A DNA stretch of 24,000 bases from Burkholderia cepacia (GTDB lineage Bacteria; Pseudomonadota; Gammaproteobacteria; Burkholderiales; Burkholderiaceae). Of the stretch, positions 9,401-17,324 are shown piece after piece. The notes under the pieces are model-generated. The model worked only from the letters and a program-made list of their open reading frames with translations, had not been told where the DNA came from and did no database searches. The position numbers and the translations under genes were made by a program. The first letter of the stretch is position 1; each line of letters begins with the position of its first letter. The DNA lies in NCBI RefSeq assembly GCF_001718835.1, contig NZ_CP013442.1, positions 628,775-652,774 of the forward strand, given 5' to 3'.

Positions 9401-12400
9401 GCCGCGCACGTGCAGCCCCGCCGCGCTCTCCAGCATCTGCTCGACCTCCCCGCGCCCCGGGCGCAGGCTCGCCAGCGACACCACCTCGCTGTCCGGCCCC
9501 AGCGTCTGCCGCGCCAGCACCGTCAGCGTCGGACGCGCGCCGATCTCCAGCACCACGTCCACGCCCTGCGCCGCCAGCGCCTCGATCCCAAGACCGAACC
9601 GCACCGGCGCGCGCGTATGCTCGACCCAGTACCCCGCCGCCGCCACTTCCGCCCCCGCCACCGCGCCGCTCACGTTCGACACCAGCGGCAATTGCGGCGC
9701 CGACAGCCGCGTCGCCTTCAGCACCGCCTCGTACGCCGCCAGCATCGGCTCCACCAGCGGTGAGTGAAACGCATGCGAGCCCGGCAGCAGGTCCGTGCGT
9801 ACCCCTTCCTGCGCCAGCCGCGCACGCAGCGCCTCGATCTGCGCCGACGCCCCCGCCACCACCTGCTGCGACGGCCCGTTCAGCGCGGCGATCACCAGCC
9901 CGCCGCCCTGCTCCGCCAGCCGCTCGCGCAGCGTCGCCGCGTCCAGCATCACCGACAGCATCGCCCCGCCTTCGCAACGGCTCTGCATCAGCCGCCCGCG
10001 GCTCGCCACCAGCTTCAGCCCCGCCTCCAGCGTCAGCACCCCGGCCGCCTGCGCCGCCATGTACTCGCCCAGGCTGTGACCCATCACCACCTGCGGCGTC
10101 ACGCCCCAGCTCTCCCACGTCCGGCGCAGCGCATACCCCAGCGCAAACAGCGCCGGCTGCGTGTAGTCCGTGCGGTCCAGCAGCGCCGTCGACGCCCCGT
10201 ACAACACCTCCAGCAGCCCCACCTCCAGCTCGCCCTCCAGCAGGCTCGCGCATTCGGCCAGCGCCGCCCGGAACACCGGCTCGCGCTCGTACAGCTCGCG
10301 CCCCATTCCCGCGTATTGCGAGCCCTGGCCCGTGAACAGCATCGCCACCCGCGGCCGGCGGTTCCGGTACACCCCGCGCAGCAGCGCCGGCTGCTCGCCG
10401 CCCTCGCCGAACGCGCGCAGCCGCGACACCAGCTCCGCCCGCTCGCGCACCACCCACGCCGCGCGCTGCTCGAACGCGCTGCGCCCCGTGTTCGCCGTGT
10501 AGCAGATCGACGCCAGATCCGCCGAGCCCTGCTCCACGAACGATGCATAGCGCGTCGACAGCGCGCGCAACGCCTCCTCGCTGCGCGCCGACAGCGTCAG
10601 CACCTGCGCGCCGCGACCCGCGCCCGAAGCTTCCCGCACCACCTCCGGCGCCGATTCCAGGATCGCATGCGCATTCGTGCCACCGATCCCGATCGAACTC
10701 ACGCCGGCCACGCGCACGCCGCCCTCGGGGCGCCACGCGCGCAACTGCGTATTGACGAAGAACGGACTTGCGTCGAACGGAATGTCCGGATTGGTCTGCG
10801 TGCAGTGCAGGCTCGGCGGGATCTCGCCGTGAAATACCGTGAGGACCGCCTTGATCAGCCCGGCGACGCCCGCCGCCTGATCGAGGTGCCCGATGTTGGT
10901 CTTGACCGAGCCGATCGCGCAGAAGCCGGTGTCCGCGGTCGACGCGCGGAATGCCTGCGTCAGCGCGGCGATCTCGATCGGATCGCCGAGCGGCGTCGCC
11001 GTGCCGTGCGCCTCGACATAGCCGATCGCGCGCGGATCGATGCCGGCCGCCGCGTGCGCCTCCATGATCGCGGCTGCCTGGCCGTCGACGCTTGGCGCGG
11101 TGTACCCGACCTTGCCCGAGCCGTCGTTGTTGATCGCCGTCCCCTTCACCACCGCGTAGATGCGGTCCCCGGCCGCGAGCGCGTCGTCGAGCCGCTTCAG
11201 CACGACCACGCCGGCGCCGCTGCCGAACACGGTGCCCGCGCCCTGTCGGTCGAATGCGCGGCAGTGTCCGTCGGGCGACGCGACCATCCCTTCCTGGTAC
11301 AGGTAGCCGATGCGATGCGGAACGTGAATGCTGACCCCGCCGGCGAGTGCCGCGTCGCACTCGCCGCGCAACAGGCTTTGCGCAGCCAGGTGCACGGCGA
11401 CCAGCGAAGTCGAGCAGGCCGTCTGCACGTTGACGCTCGGGCCGTGCAGGTTCAGCCGGTAGCTGACGCGCGTCGGCAGGTGATCCTTCTCGTTGCTGAT
11501 GCGGATCTGGAAGGCCGCCGCGGGTGCCGAGTCCGACTCGAGCGGCGCGAGTACCGACTTGTGATAGCCGCTCGCGTCCGTTCCCGCAAATACGCCAATC
11601 CCGTCGCCCTCCTTCTGCGGATCGATGCCCGCATCTTCCAGTGCCTGCCACGCGCATTCGAGAAAGATCCGCTGCTGCGGATCGAGCAGCTCGGCTTCGC
11701 GCGGGCTCATGCCGAAGAAGGTCGCGTCGAACAAGTCGATGTCGTCGAGCACGAAGCCCGCGCGCACGTAGTTCGGATCGGCGAGCAGCGCAGGCGAGAC
11801 GCCCGCCGCGCGCAGTTCGGCCTCGCTGAATTCCGTGCGCGATTCCACGCCTTCGCGCAGGTTGCGCCAGAACGCGTCGACGCTCGACGCGCCCGGCACC
11901 CGCACCCCGATCCCGACCACGGCAACGCTCGCCGAGCGCGCCGGCATCTCGCCCCGGCTGCGTCCGCGCGGCCGGCCAGCGGCGACGGCCGACTGGCCGT
12001 GCGCGTCGAGATAGGCGGCCAGCCCGGCCACCGTCGGATTGCGGAAGAACTCGACGCGCGGCACGCGCATCCCGAACGCCTGCTCGATCTTCTGCTGCAT
12101 CTGCAGCAGCAGCATCGAATGACCGCCGAGATCGAAGAAATTGACATCGACGCCCACCTCGGGCGTGCGCAGCACGTCCCGCCAGATCGCCTGCACGCGT
12201 TCGAGCGTCGATCCGTGCGCCGCGGCCTGCGGCGCGGGCGACACCGCGCGGGCGAGCGCCGGCAGCGCGTTGCGGTCGACCTTGCCGTTGTCGGTCAGCG
12301 GCACCCGCTCGATGGACACGAACGCCGCTGGAATCATGTAGTCGGGCAGCGTGCGGCGCAGGCCGTCGCGCCACTGCGCTGAGCGGTCCGCGGCCGCGCC

Positions 12401-14452
12401 GTCGTCGTGCACCACGTAGGCGACGAGCCGCTGGTCGTCCTCGTCGAGGCGTTCGACGATGGCCACCGCCTGGCGCACGCCCGGCAGCGCAGTCAACGCG
12501 GCCTCGACGTCGCCCAGCTCGATCCGGAAGCCGCGCAGCTTCACCTGGTTGTCGAGCCGCGCGAGCCAGCGGATCGCACCGCTCGCGCTCGCCCGCACCA
12601 GGTCGCCGGTGCGATACAGCCGAACCGCGCGATCGCCGTCGAGCGTCACTTCGACGAACCTCTCCCGCGTCAGCGAATCGCGGCCGTGGTAGCCATCGGC
12701 GAGGCCCTCGCCGCCGATGTACAGCTCGCCCGCCACGCCGGGCGGCACCGGCGCACCATGCGCGTCGAGGATATGCAGGTGCACGTTGCGCAGCGGCGCG
12801 CCGATCGCCACGAAGCCGTGATCGCGCACGTCGTGCCAGGTCGCCCACACGGTCGCCTCCGTCGGCCCGTAGACGTTGCACAGGCGGCCCACCAGCGGAC
12901 GCAGCGCGCGCGCGAGCGGCTCGTCGAGCGCTTCGCCGCCGCACACGGCGGTCAGGTCGGGCTTGCCTCGCCATTGCGCGGCGACCAGCATCCGCCACGT
13001 GGCCGGCGTCGCTTGCAGCACGCGCGCCTGCGCCGCGTCAATCCGGCTCGCCAGCGCCAACGGGTCCGCCGTTTCGTCGCGGCTGGCAAGCCACACGCGC
13101 CCGCCGGCGACGAGCGGCACGAACAGCTCCGCGAACGCGATGTCGAACATCGGCGTGGTCACGGCCAGCCACGTCTCGCCCACCTGCAAGCCGCTGCGCT
13201 CGTGCATCGCGAGCAGCAGGTTGACGGCCGCACGATGCGCGACGCGCACGCCCTTGGGCTGGCCCGTCGAGCCCGACGTGTAGATCAGGTAGGCGATCGC
13301 GGAAGGATCGTCATCGCTGAAGTCAGCGCCCGCGCCGTCGCCCGGCACGCCTTCCAGCAGCGCGTCCAGCGCCACCTGCGGACGCGCCTGCGCACCGTCG
13401 GCTGCCGCTTCGGCGATCACGAGCCGGACGTCGGCGTTCTCCAGGATGAAATCGCGTCGCGCGGCAGGGTAGCCGGGGTCCAGCGGAACGTACGCGCAGC
13501 CGGCCGTCATCACGCCGAGCAGCGCGCTCAGCAAATCGACGCGACGCTCCACGCACACCGCCACGCGCTCGCCCGGCTGGATGCCGCGTGCGCGAATCGC
13601 GCGTGCGACCCGCGCCGCGCGCTGCAGCAGTTCGCGATAGCTTAGCCGCTGCGTCGCCGTTTCGACAGCAATCGCGTCCGGCGTCCGCCCGGCGGCCGCA
13701 CGGATCAGCGCGCTGACCGTCAGATCGGGTATCTCCGCCACCGGGCCGCGGAGCGTGTCGCGCCATGCGGCGAGCGCATGCGCCGGCCACAGCGGCAGCT
13801 CGCCGACCGGCGCGGCCGCCGCGTCCGGCAGCGCCGTGGCCGCGCCAAGCCAGCTCGTCAGCATGCCCGAGATCGTCGCGGCTTCGTAACGATCCTCGTC
13901 GTACTCGCACTCGAGCAACAGCGCGTCCGCGCGGCGGATCAGCATGAAATTGAGCTCGCTGTCGACGAACAGCGCGTCGGCGTCGTCCAGCGCCGCCTCG
14001 GACAGCGCCGCCTCGGCGAGATCGGCGGGCAAGTTGACGAACGACACCGTCACCGGAGCAGGCGCGCGCTCGGGATCGTGCGGCGTGCGCTGGTCGAGCG
14101 CGCCACGGGTCGCGCGCAGCAGCACGTCGGCCGGCGCGTCCGGCGCGACGTCGAGCGTCAGGCGCGTGCGCGCCGGTTCGCCCTGTGCGTCAGCGTGCGT
14201 GATCAGGTCGAGCGGCACGCTGCGCTGGTCAGCGTAGCGGGCGAGCGTCATGCCGAGCGCCGCGAGCCAGAGCGTCGCCTCCGCGTAGCCGCCGTGCCGC
14301 GCGCGCGCGCCGGCCGCCTCCGCCGTCGCGGCGGGCACGGGCATGTCGTTTCGCATCCTGCGGTAGCGAGGCGTGACCGGCGCGGGATAGTCCCGCGGCA
14401 GGTCGAGCGGTACGGGCGTGTGCGTCGCGGGCTTCGTCGTGTGTGCGTTCAT
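6431..14452 (-). CDS. Hybrid NRPS-PKS: truncated condensation domain (C-terminal lobe only)-A-T-KS-AT-DH-KR-ACP
   Basis: Complete ORF: ATG 14450-14452, TGA 6431-6433. Residues 1 to ~225 match only the C-terminal lobe of a C domain; they start at LDLPRDYPAP (LPxDxxRP-type motif) and no HHxxxDG is present. A domain: LSYRELL, AGCAYVPLD, YTSGSTGQPKG, FDIAF, NVYGPTE, GELYIGGEGLADGY, YRTGD, GKVDR (approx 12248-13720). PCP: FFDLGGHS (approx 12008-12211). KS: QTACSTS / EAHGTAT / NIGHLD (approx 10655-11929). AT: GHSLGE / HAFHS (approx 9425-10348). DH: HRLFGAMVVPG (approx 8363-9250). KR: SYLITGGLGGLG, LRD, SSISALFGTAGQGSYAAAN (approx 7088-8275). ACP: LGLDSL (approx 6578-6805). The C-terminus carries the helix DVDAELARLEASLRR. 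Confidence 0.95.
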   Translation of the reverse strand: MNAHTTKPATHTPVPLDLPRDYPAPVTPRYRRMRNDMPVPAATAEAAGARARHGGYAEATLWLAALGMTLARYADQRSVPLDLITHADAQGEPARTRLTLDVAPDAPADVLLRATRGALDQRTPHDPERAPAPVTVSFVNLPADLAEAALSEAALDDADALFVDSELNFMLIRRADALLLECEYDEDRYEAATISGMLTSWLGAATALPDAAAAPVGELPLWPAHALAAWRDTLRGPVAEIPDLTVSALIRAAAGRTPDAIAVETATQRLSYRELLQRAARVARAIRARGIQPGERVAVCVERRVDLLSALLGVMTAGCAYVPLDPGYPAARRDFILENADVRLVIAEAAADGAQARPQVALDALLEGVPGDGAGADFSDDDPSAIAYLIYTSGSTGQPKGVRVAHRAAVNLLLAMHERSGLQVGETWLAVTTPMFDIAFAELFVPLVAGGRVWLASRDETADPLALASRIDAAQARVLQATPATWRMLVAAQWRGKPDLTAVCGGEALDEPLARALRPLVGRLCNVYGPTEATVWATWHDVRDHGFVAIGAPLRNVHLHILDAHGAPVPPGVAGELYIGGEGLADGYHGRDSLTRERFVEVTLDGDRAVRLYRTGDLVRASASGAIRWLARLDNQVKLRGFRIELGDVEAALTALPGVRQAVAIVERLDEDDQRLVAYVVHDDGAAADRSAQWRDGLRRTLPDYMIPAAFVSIERVPLTDNGKVDRNALPALARAVSPAPQAAAHGSTLERVQAIWRDVLRTPEVGVDVNFFDLGGHSMLLLQMQQKIEQAFGMRVPRVEFFRNPTVAGLAAYLDAHGQSAVAAGRPRGRSRGEMPARSASVAVVGIGVRVPGASSVDAFWRNLREGVESRTEFSEAELRAAGVSPALLADPNYVRAGFVLDDIDLFDATFFGMSPREAELLDPQQRIFLECAWQALEDAGIDPQKEGDGIGVFAGTDASGYHKSVLAPLESDSAPAAAFQIRISNEKDHLPTRVSYRLNLHGPSVNVQTACSTSLVAVHLAAQSLLRGECDAALAGGVSIHVPHRIGYLYQEGMVASPDGHCRAFDRQGAGTVFGSGAGVVVLKRLDDALAAGDRIYAVVKGTAINNDGSGKVGYTAPSVDGQAAAIMEAHAAAGIDPRAIGYVEAHGTATPLGDPIEIAALTQAFRASTADTGFCAIGSVKTNIGHLDQAAGVAGLIKAVLTVFHGEIPPSLHCTQTNPDIPFDASPFFVNTQLRAWRPEGGVRVAGVSSIGIGGTNAHAILESAPEVVREASGAGRGAQVLTLSARSEEALRALSTRYASFVEQGSADLASICYTANTGRSAFEQRAAWVVRERAELVSRLRAFGEGGEQPALLRGVYRNRRPRVAMLFTGQGSQYAGMGRELYEREPVFRAALAECASLLEGELEVGLLEVLYGASTALLDRTDYTQPALFALGYALRRTWESWGVTPQVVMGHSLGEYMAAQAAGVLTLEAGLKLVASRGRLMQSRCEGGAMLSVMLDAATLRERLAEQGGGLVIAALNGPSQQVVAGASAQIEALRARLAQEGVRTDLLPGSHAFHSPLVEPMLAAYEAVLKATRLSAPQLPLVSNVSGAVAGAEVAAAGYWVEHTRAPVRFGLGIEALAAQGVDVVLEIGARPTLTVLARQTLGPDSEVVSLASLRPGRGEVEQMLESAAGLHVRGAALDWASLHRVDQPVKVALPTYPFQRKRYWVDASQHADASAHRHAASDEGGLHTLLGRRLKLPRSTEVRFEAEFRPDWPAYVDHHRLFGAMVVPGASHIAMFLAAAEAVYGEAGCVVDEILFLRPFVMPEAGRRTVQIVMRPAAGQSHAIEMVTLAPQRDPADDAAWTLHVEARSIRGPRALPPAPDASELDAVKARCADYLSGADFYSKVWIPGMDTGNSFRWIDEIWRGDAEALCRTRLPALLEPIDGPFHAGLVESGFQLLNSCWQFATEELLKTDYIYVPFSIDSYRLYGRPATDRLWVHARIVRQGEGEENGVTADIRVFEDSGRVIAHVRGFEVRRLHRGAVHALLQGDGTDRLFATRWQRLDDLATPLLPADDCVLVAGDGAGTGAALAARLRSAGVRCLQVDAASHTGDDLSVPLADPASEAAWRDTLRAVAARAGKGTLHVVDLRALDFGAEADTPADPLAVQAQLCGGALALVGALAQVDRPARLSFVTGGAQELGGTLNVERAAQATLTGLSRVVASEHPEWGCRTIDLDPATADPAAALAPLLHAAPDELQLALRDGAVHAARLGRAKPARRDVPPLEPNGSYLITGGLGGLGLRLAQQLAQAGVKRLVLMSRGAPDAAAAAAIDALRKQGCTVDLARCDVADLEALRAAWHETVLSGPLPLKGIFHAAGALRDGVLGGQSWAEFAVPLHAKVAGALNLHALSLDAPLDCFVCFSSISALFGTAGQGSYAAANAYLDALVGARRTLGLPATSIQWGPFAEVGMAAALDRAHRDKAAARGLQALSPDELLKHVEAARRADAATVVIGNDDWQRYAQTEPSEGVRKLLADWFPKEAADAAPAATHDERDRFDALALPALHDALATYLQAQIAVMLGRTAEEVAPTRGFLELGLDSLAAVEFRSKVQRDLRLSLPATFAFDYGNVELGADFLFERLKAERAPAADEPMPAAGAGSPGQAAGEPADDVDAELARLEASLRR
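9306..10681. repeat. Copy 2 of the 1376-bp direct repeat (KS-AT linker + AT + post-AT linker cassette)
   Basis: Same alignment as copy 1. The flanking KS and DH coding sequences of the two genes are clearly divergent at the nucleotide level immediately outside the repeat. Confidence 0.95.
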
Positions 14453-14471
14453 GGTCGTGTCGTCGTTGTCT

Positions 14472-16235
14472 TCAAGCCTTCAGCGTTGCCAGGTAATTCC
14501 CGATCACCAGCGCGTCGAGGCGCGCTTCGCGGAACGTCTCGACCGCTTCGTCCGCCGTGCGAACGATCGGCTGGCCGCGCACGTTGAAGGAGGTGTTCAG
14601 CAGGATCGGAATGCCCGCCGCATGCTCGAACGCTTCGAGCAACTGATAAAAGCGCGGATTGCGATCGGCGAACACCGTCTGCACGCGCGCGGAGCCGTCG
14701 CAATGCGTGACGGCCGGCAACGCGTTCCGGTGCGCGGCCTTCACACCGGTCACGTACAGCATGTGTGCGAAGGTCTCCACTTCGCCCGCCTTGATGTCGA
14801 AGAATTCCGGCGCACGGTGGGCCAGCACGGCCGGCGCGAACGGCCGGAAGTCCTCGCGCTTCTTCACCAGCGCGTTGACGCGCGCACGCATCGACGGCGA
14901 GCGCGGATCGGCGAGGATGCTGCGATTGCCGAGCGCACGCGGACCGAATTCCATCGCGCCCTGGAACCAGCCGACGATCTGCTCGCGCGCGAGCAGGTCC
15001 GCCGTCACGCGCGCCAGCTCCGCCGCGTCGTCGAAGCGGCGCACGTCGAGCCACGGCTTGTCGAGCGCCGCGCGGATCGCGCCGTCGTCCTCGTGCGTGC
15101 CCCAGAACGGCATGCTCATCGGCTGCATCACCGCATCCGGGTCATGCTCGCTCTGTACGTAGAGCGCTGCGCCGAGCGCCGTACCGTCGTCGCCCGAAGC
15201 GGGCTGCACGAAGGTGCGCTTGAACAGCCGGCTGCGCAGCACGACGCCGTTCGCGGTGCAGTTGAGCGCGACGCCGCCCGCCATGCAAAGGTGGCGCGCG
15301 CCGGTGCTCGCCTTGAAGGTCTGCAGCGTATGCAGCGTCGTGTTCTGCAGCACGGCCTGCAGCGCGGCGGCGAGATCCATGTGGGCCTGGGTGATCGGCT
15401 CGTCCGGCAGGCGCGGCTTGCCGAACAGTTCTTCGATGACCCGCGACGACGCGCGATAGGTCGCCATCTCGAGCGGCGTCTCGTTCAGCTGCAGGACCGG
15501 AATCGTGTAGAAGCCGTCGTCCTGCAGGCGCACCAGCTCGCTCAGCTTCGCGAAGTACGGGCGCGGGTCGCCATACGGTGCCAGCCCCATCACCTTGTAT
15601 TCGCCCGAGTTGAAGCGGAACCCGAGGTGCAGCGTGAACAGCCCGTACAGCACGCCGAGCGAATGCCGGTGCGATACGCTCGCGACCCGGGTGAGGCGGC
15701 CATTGCGGCCCGTCCAGATCGACGCGCTCTCGGTCTCGCCCATCCCGTCGGAGACGAACACCAGCGCGTCGTCCATGCCGCTCGGGTAGTAGGCACTGGC
15801 CGCGTGAGCGAGATGGTGCGGCACCTGCACGAACTTCTCGTCCCACGGCCCGTCGCCCCAGCGTTCGCGCAGCACGCTCAGTTGCGCGTCGCGCGACTGG
15901 ACCTGCTCGAACTCCACGCGCGCATCGCCCGTCTGCGCCAGCGATGCGGCGACGGCATCGTAGGCGAATCCGTGCGCGATGCGATCGACCTGGTCGAGCC
16001 GCAGGCCCGCCCGGGCCAGCACTGCGTCGATCGCACCGGCCGGAAAGCGCTCGATGCCCTTTTGGCCCGTGAAGCGCTCTTCCGCCGCCGCGCCGACGAT
16101 GCCGCCCGGGCCGACGAGCGCCGCGGCGGCGTCCAGCCCTTGCGTAATGCGCAGTTCACGGCGCTGGATATCCGGGTAATGCTGCTCGCGAAACGAAATG
16201 GCGCGGTCCAGCCCGCTAATGCCAAGGACATGCAT
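14472..16235 (-). CDS. Carbamoyltransferase, NodU/CmcH family
   Basis: 587-aa ORF: ATG 16233-16235 with GAGGGG 5 nt upstream, TGA 14472-14474. Family-typical motifs: PHHLAHAASAYY, GEYKVMGLAPYG, MAGGVALNCTAN, MEFGPRALGNRSIL, KKREDFRPFAP, DGSARVQTV, NTSFNVRGQPIV. The stop lies only 19 nt before the NRPS-PKS start. Confidence 0.9.
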   Translation of the reverse strand: MHVLGISGLDRAISFREQHYPDIQRRELRITQGLDAAAALVGPGGIVGAAAEERFTGQKGIERFPAGAIDAVLARAGLRLDQVDRIAHGFAYDAVAASLAQTGDARVEFEQVQSRDAQLSVLRERWGDGPWDEKFVQVPHHLAHAASAYYPSGMDDALVFVSDGMGETESASIWTGRNGRLTRVASVSHRHSLGVLYGLFTLHLGFRFNSGEYKVMGLAPYGDPRPYFAKLSELVRLQDDGFYTIPVLQLNETPLEMATYRASSRVIEELFGKPRLPDEPITQAHMDLAAALQAVLQNTTLHTLQTFKASTGARHLCMAGGVALNCTANGVVLRSRLFKRTFVQPASGDDGTALGAALYVQSEHDPDAVMQPMSMPFWGTHEDDGAIRAALDKPWLDVRRFDDAAELARVTADLLAREQIVGWFQGAMEFGPRALGNRSILADPRSPSMRARVNALVKKREDFRPFAPAVLAHRAPEFFDIKAGEVETFAHMLYVTGVKAAHRNALPAVTHCDGSARVQTVFADRNPRFYQLLEAFEHAAGIPILLNTSFNVRGQPIVRTADEAVETFREARLDALVIGNYLATLKA

Positions 16236-16288
16236 GACGGCCCCTCGTAAAGAAATGCGAATGGTGTCGGGTCGACGCGGACGCTCGA

Positions 16289-17284
16289 TCAGCGCGCGCC
16301 CAGTCTCGTGATCAGATGCTCATCCCGCTCGAGCGTCGGGTTAGGCGTCGTCAGCAGCCGGTCGCCGACGAACACCGAGCCGGCGCCGGCCAGGAAGCAC
16401 AGCGCCTGCAGTTCGTCGCTCATGTGCTCCCGGCCGGCCGACAGGCGGACCACCGATTCCGGCATCAGGATCCGGGCAACCGCGATAGTGCGCACGAACT
16501 CCAGCCCGTCGACGCCGTCGGCTGCGGCCAGCGCGGTGCCGGGAACCCGCATCAGCGAGTTGATCGGCACCGACTCGGGATGGACCGGCAGGTTCGCGAG
16601 GGTCTGCAGCATGCCGATACGGTCGTCGCGGGTCTCGCCCATGCCGACGATGCCGCCGCAGCACACCTTGAGGCCCGCGCCGCGCACGTGGTCGAGCGTC
16701 TCCAGGCGATCGTCGAGCGTGCGCGTGCTCGCCACCGTCGGGTAATACGCCGGCCCGGTGTCGATGTTGTGGTTGTAGAAATCCAGGCCGGCATCCGCCA
16801 GCCGCGCGGCCTGCGGCCCGGTCAGCATGCCGAGCGTCACGCAGGTCTCGAGGCCGAGCGCCTTCACGCCCTTGACCATGTCGCACACACGCTCGAGATC
16901 CCGCTCGCGCGGGCTGCGCCACGCCGCGCCCATGCAGAACCGCTGCACGCCGGCCGCCTTCGCGGACGCCGCGGCAGCCAGCACCGCATCGAGATCCATC
17001 AGCTTGCTGGCCGGCAGCATCGTGTCGGCATGCACTGACTGGCTGCAATAGCCGCAGTCCTCCGGACATCCGCCGGTCTTGATCGACAGCAGCTGCGAAA
17101 TCTGCAGCGGACGTCCCGCATGGAAGCGGCGCTGGATCGTCTGCGCGTCGTACAGAAGATCCGTCAGCGGCGCGGCGAACAGCGCCGCGATCTCTTCTTG
17201 CGTCCAGTCGTGCCGGACGGCCGCGTCGGCGCTCCGATTGCCTGCGGACGCGCGAACGCCGTCCGACGACGTGTCATGACTCAT
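16289..17284 (-). CDS. bioB: Biotin synthase-type radical SAM enzyme (BioB paralogue)
   Basis: 331-aa ORF that is colinear with E. coli BioB as recalled from memory. It has the radical-SAM triad CPEDCGYC and the [2Fe-2S] ligand contexts FCMGAAW, ETCVTLG, KVCCGG and RLSAGR. Further matching segments are [36 protein letters not shown] and LLTTPNP. Confidence 0.9.
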   Translation of the reverse strand: MSHDTSSDGVRASAGNRSADAAVRHDWTQEEIAALFAAPLTDLLYDAQTIQRRFHAGRPLQISQLLSIKTGGCPEDCGYCSQSVHADTMLPASKLMDLDAVLAAAASAKAAGVQRFCMGAAWRSPRERDLERVCDMVKGVKALGLETCVTLGMLTGPQAARLADAGLDFYNHNIDTGPAYYPTVASTRTLDDRLETLDHVRGAGLKVCCGGIVGMGETRDDRIGMLQTLANLPVHPESVPINSLMRVPGTALAAADGVDGLEFVRTIAVARILMPESVVRLSAGREHMSDELQALCFLAGAGSVFVGDRLLTTPNPTLERDEHLITRLGAR

Positions 17285-17324
17285 GTGAACGATTCCGTTG
17301 ATTGAGATGAAAGTCGGACGGCAG

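Noticed and set aside
7167-12998. A 1943-aa minus-strand ORF, plus shorter ones such as 2972..4648 and 1937..2767, in an alternative frame of the megasynthase genes.
   Set aside because: These are out-of-frame overlaps of the real CDS. They are Arg/Gly/Ala-rich with no domain motifs.
586-16250. Many long plus-strand ORFs lie antisense to the PKS, NRPS-PKS and carbamoyltransferase genes (e.g. 586..4158, 4159..6999, 6791..8500, 8642..9763, 9764..12382, 12407..13645, 13778..14587, 14418..16250).
   Set aside because: Their translations are Arg/Ala/Pro/Gln-rich low-complexity strings with no recognisable motifs. They fully overlap minus-strand genes that have dense, ordered catalytic motifs. This is the typical stop-codon-poor shadow-frame pattern of very GC-rich DNA.
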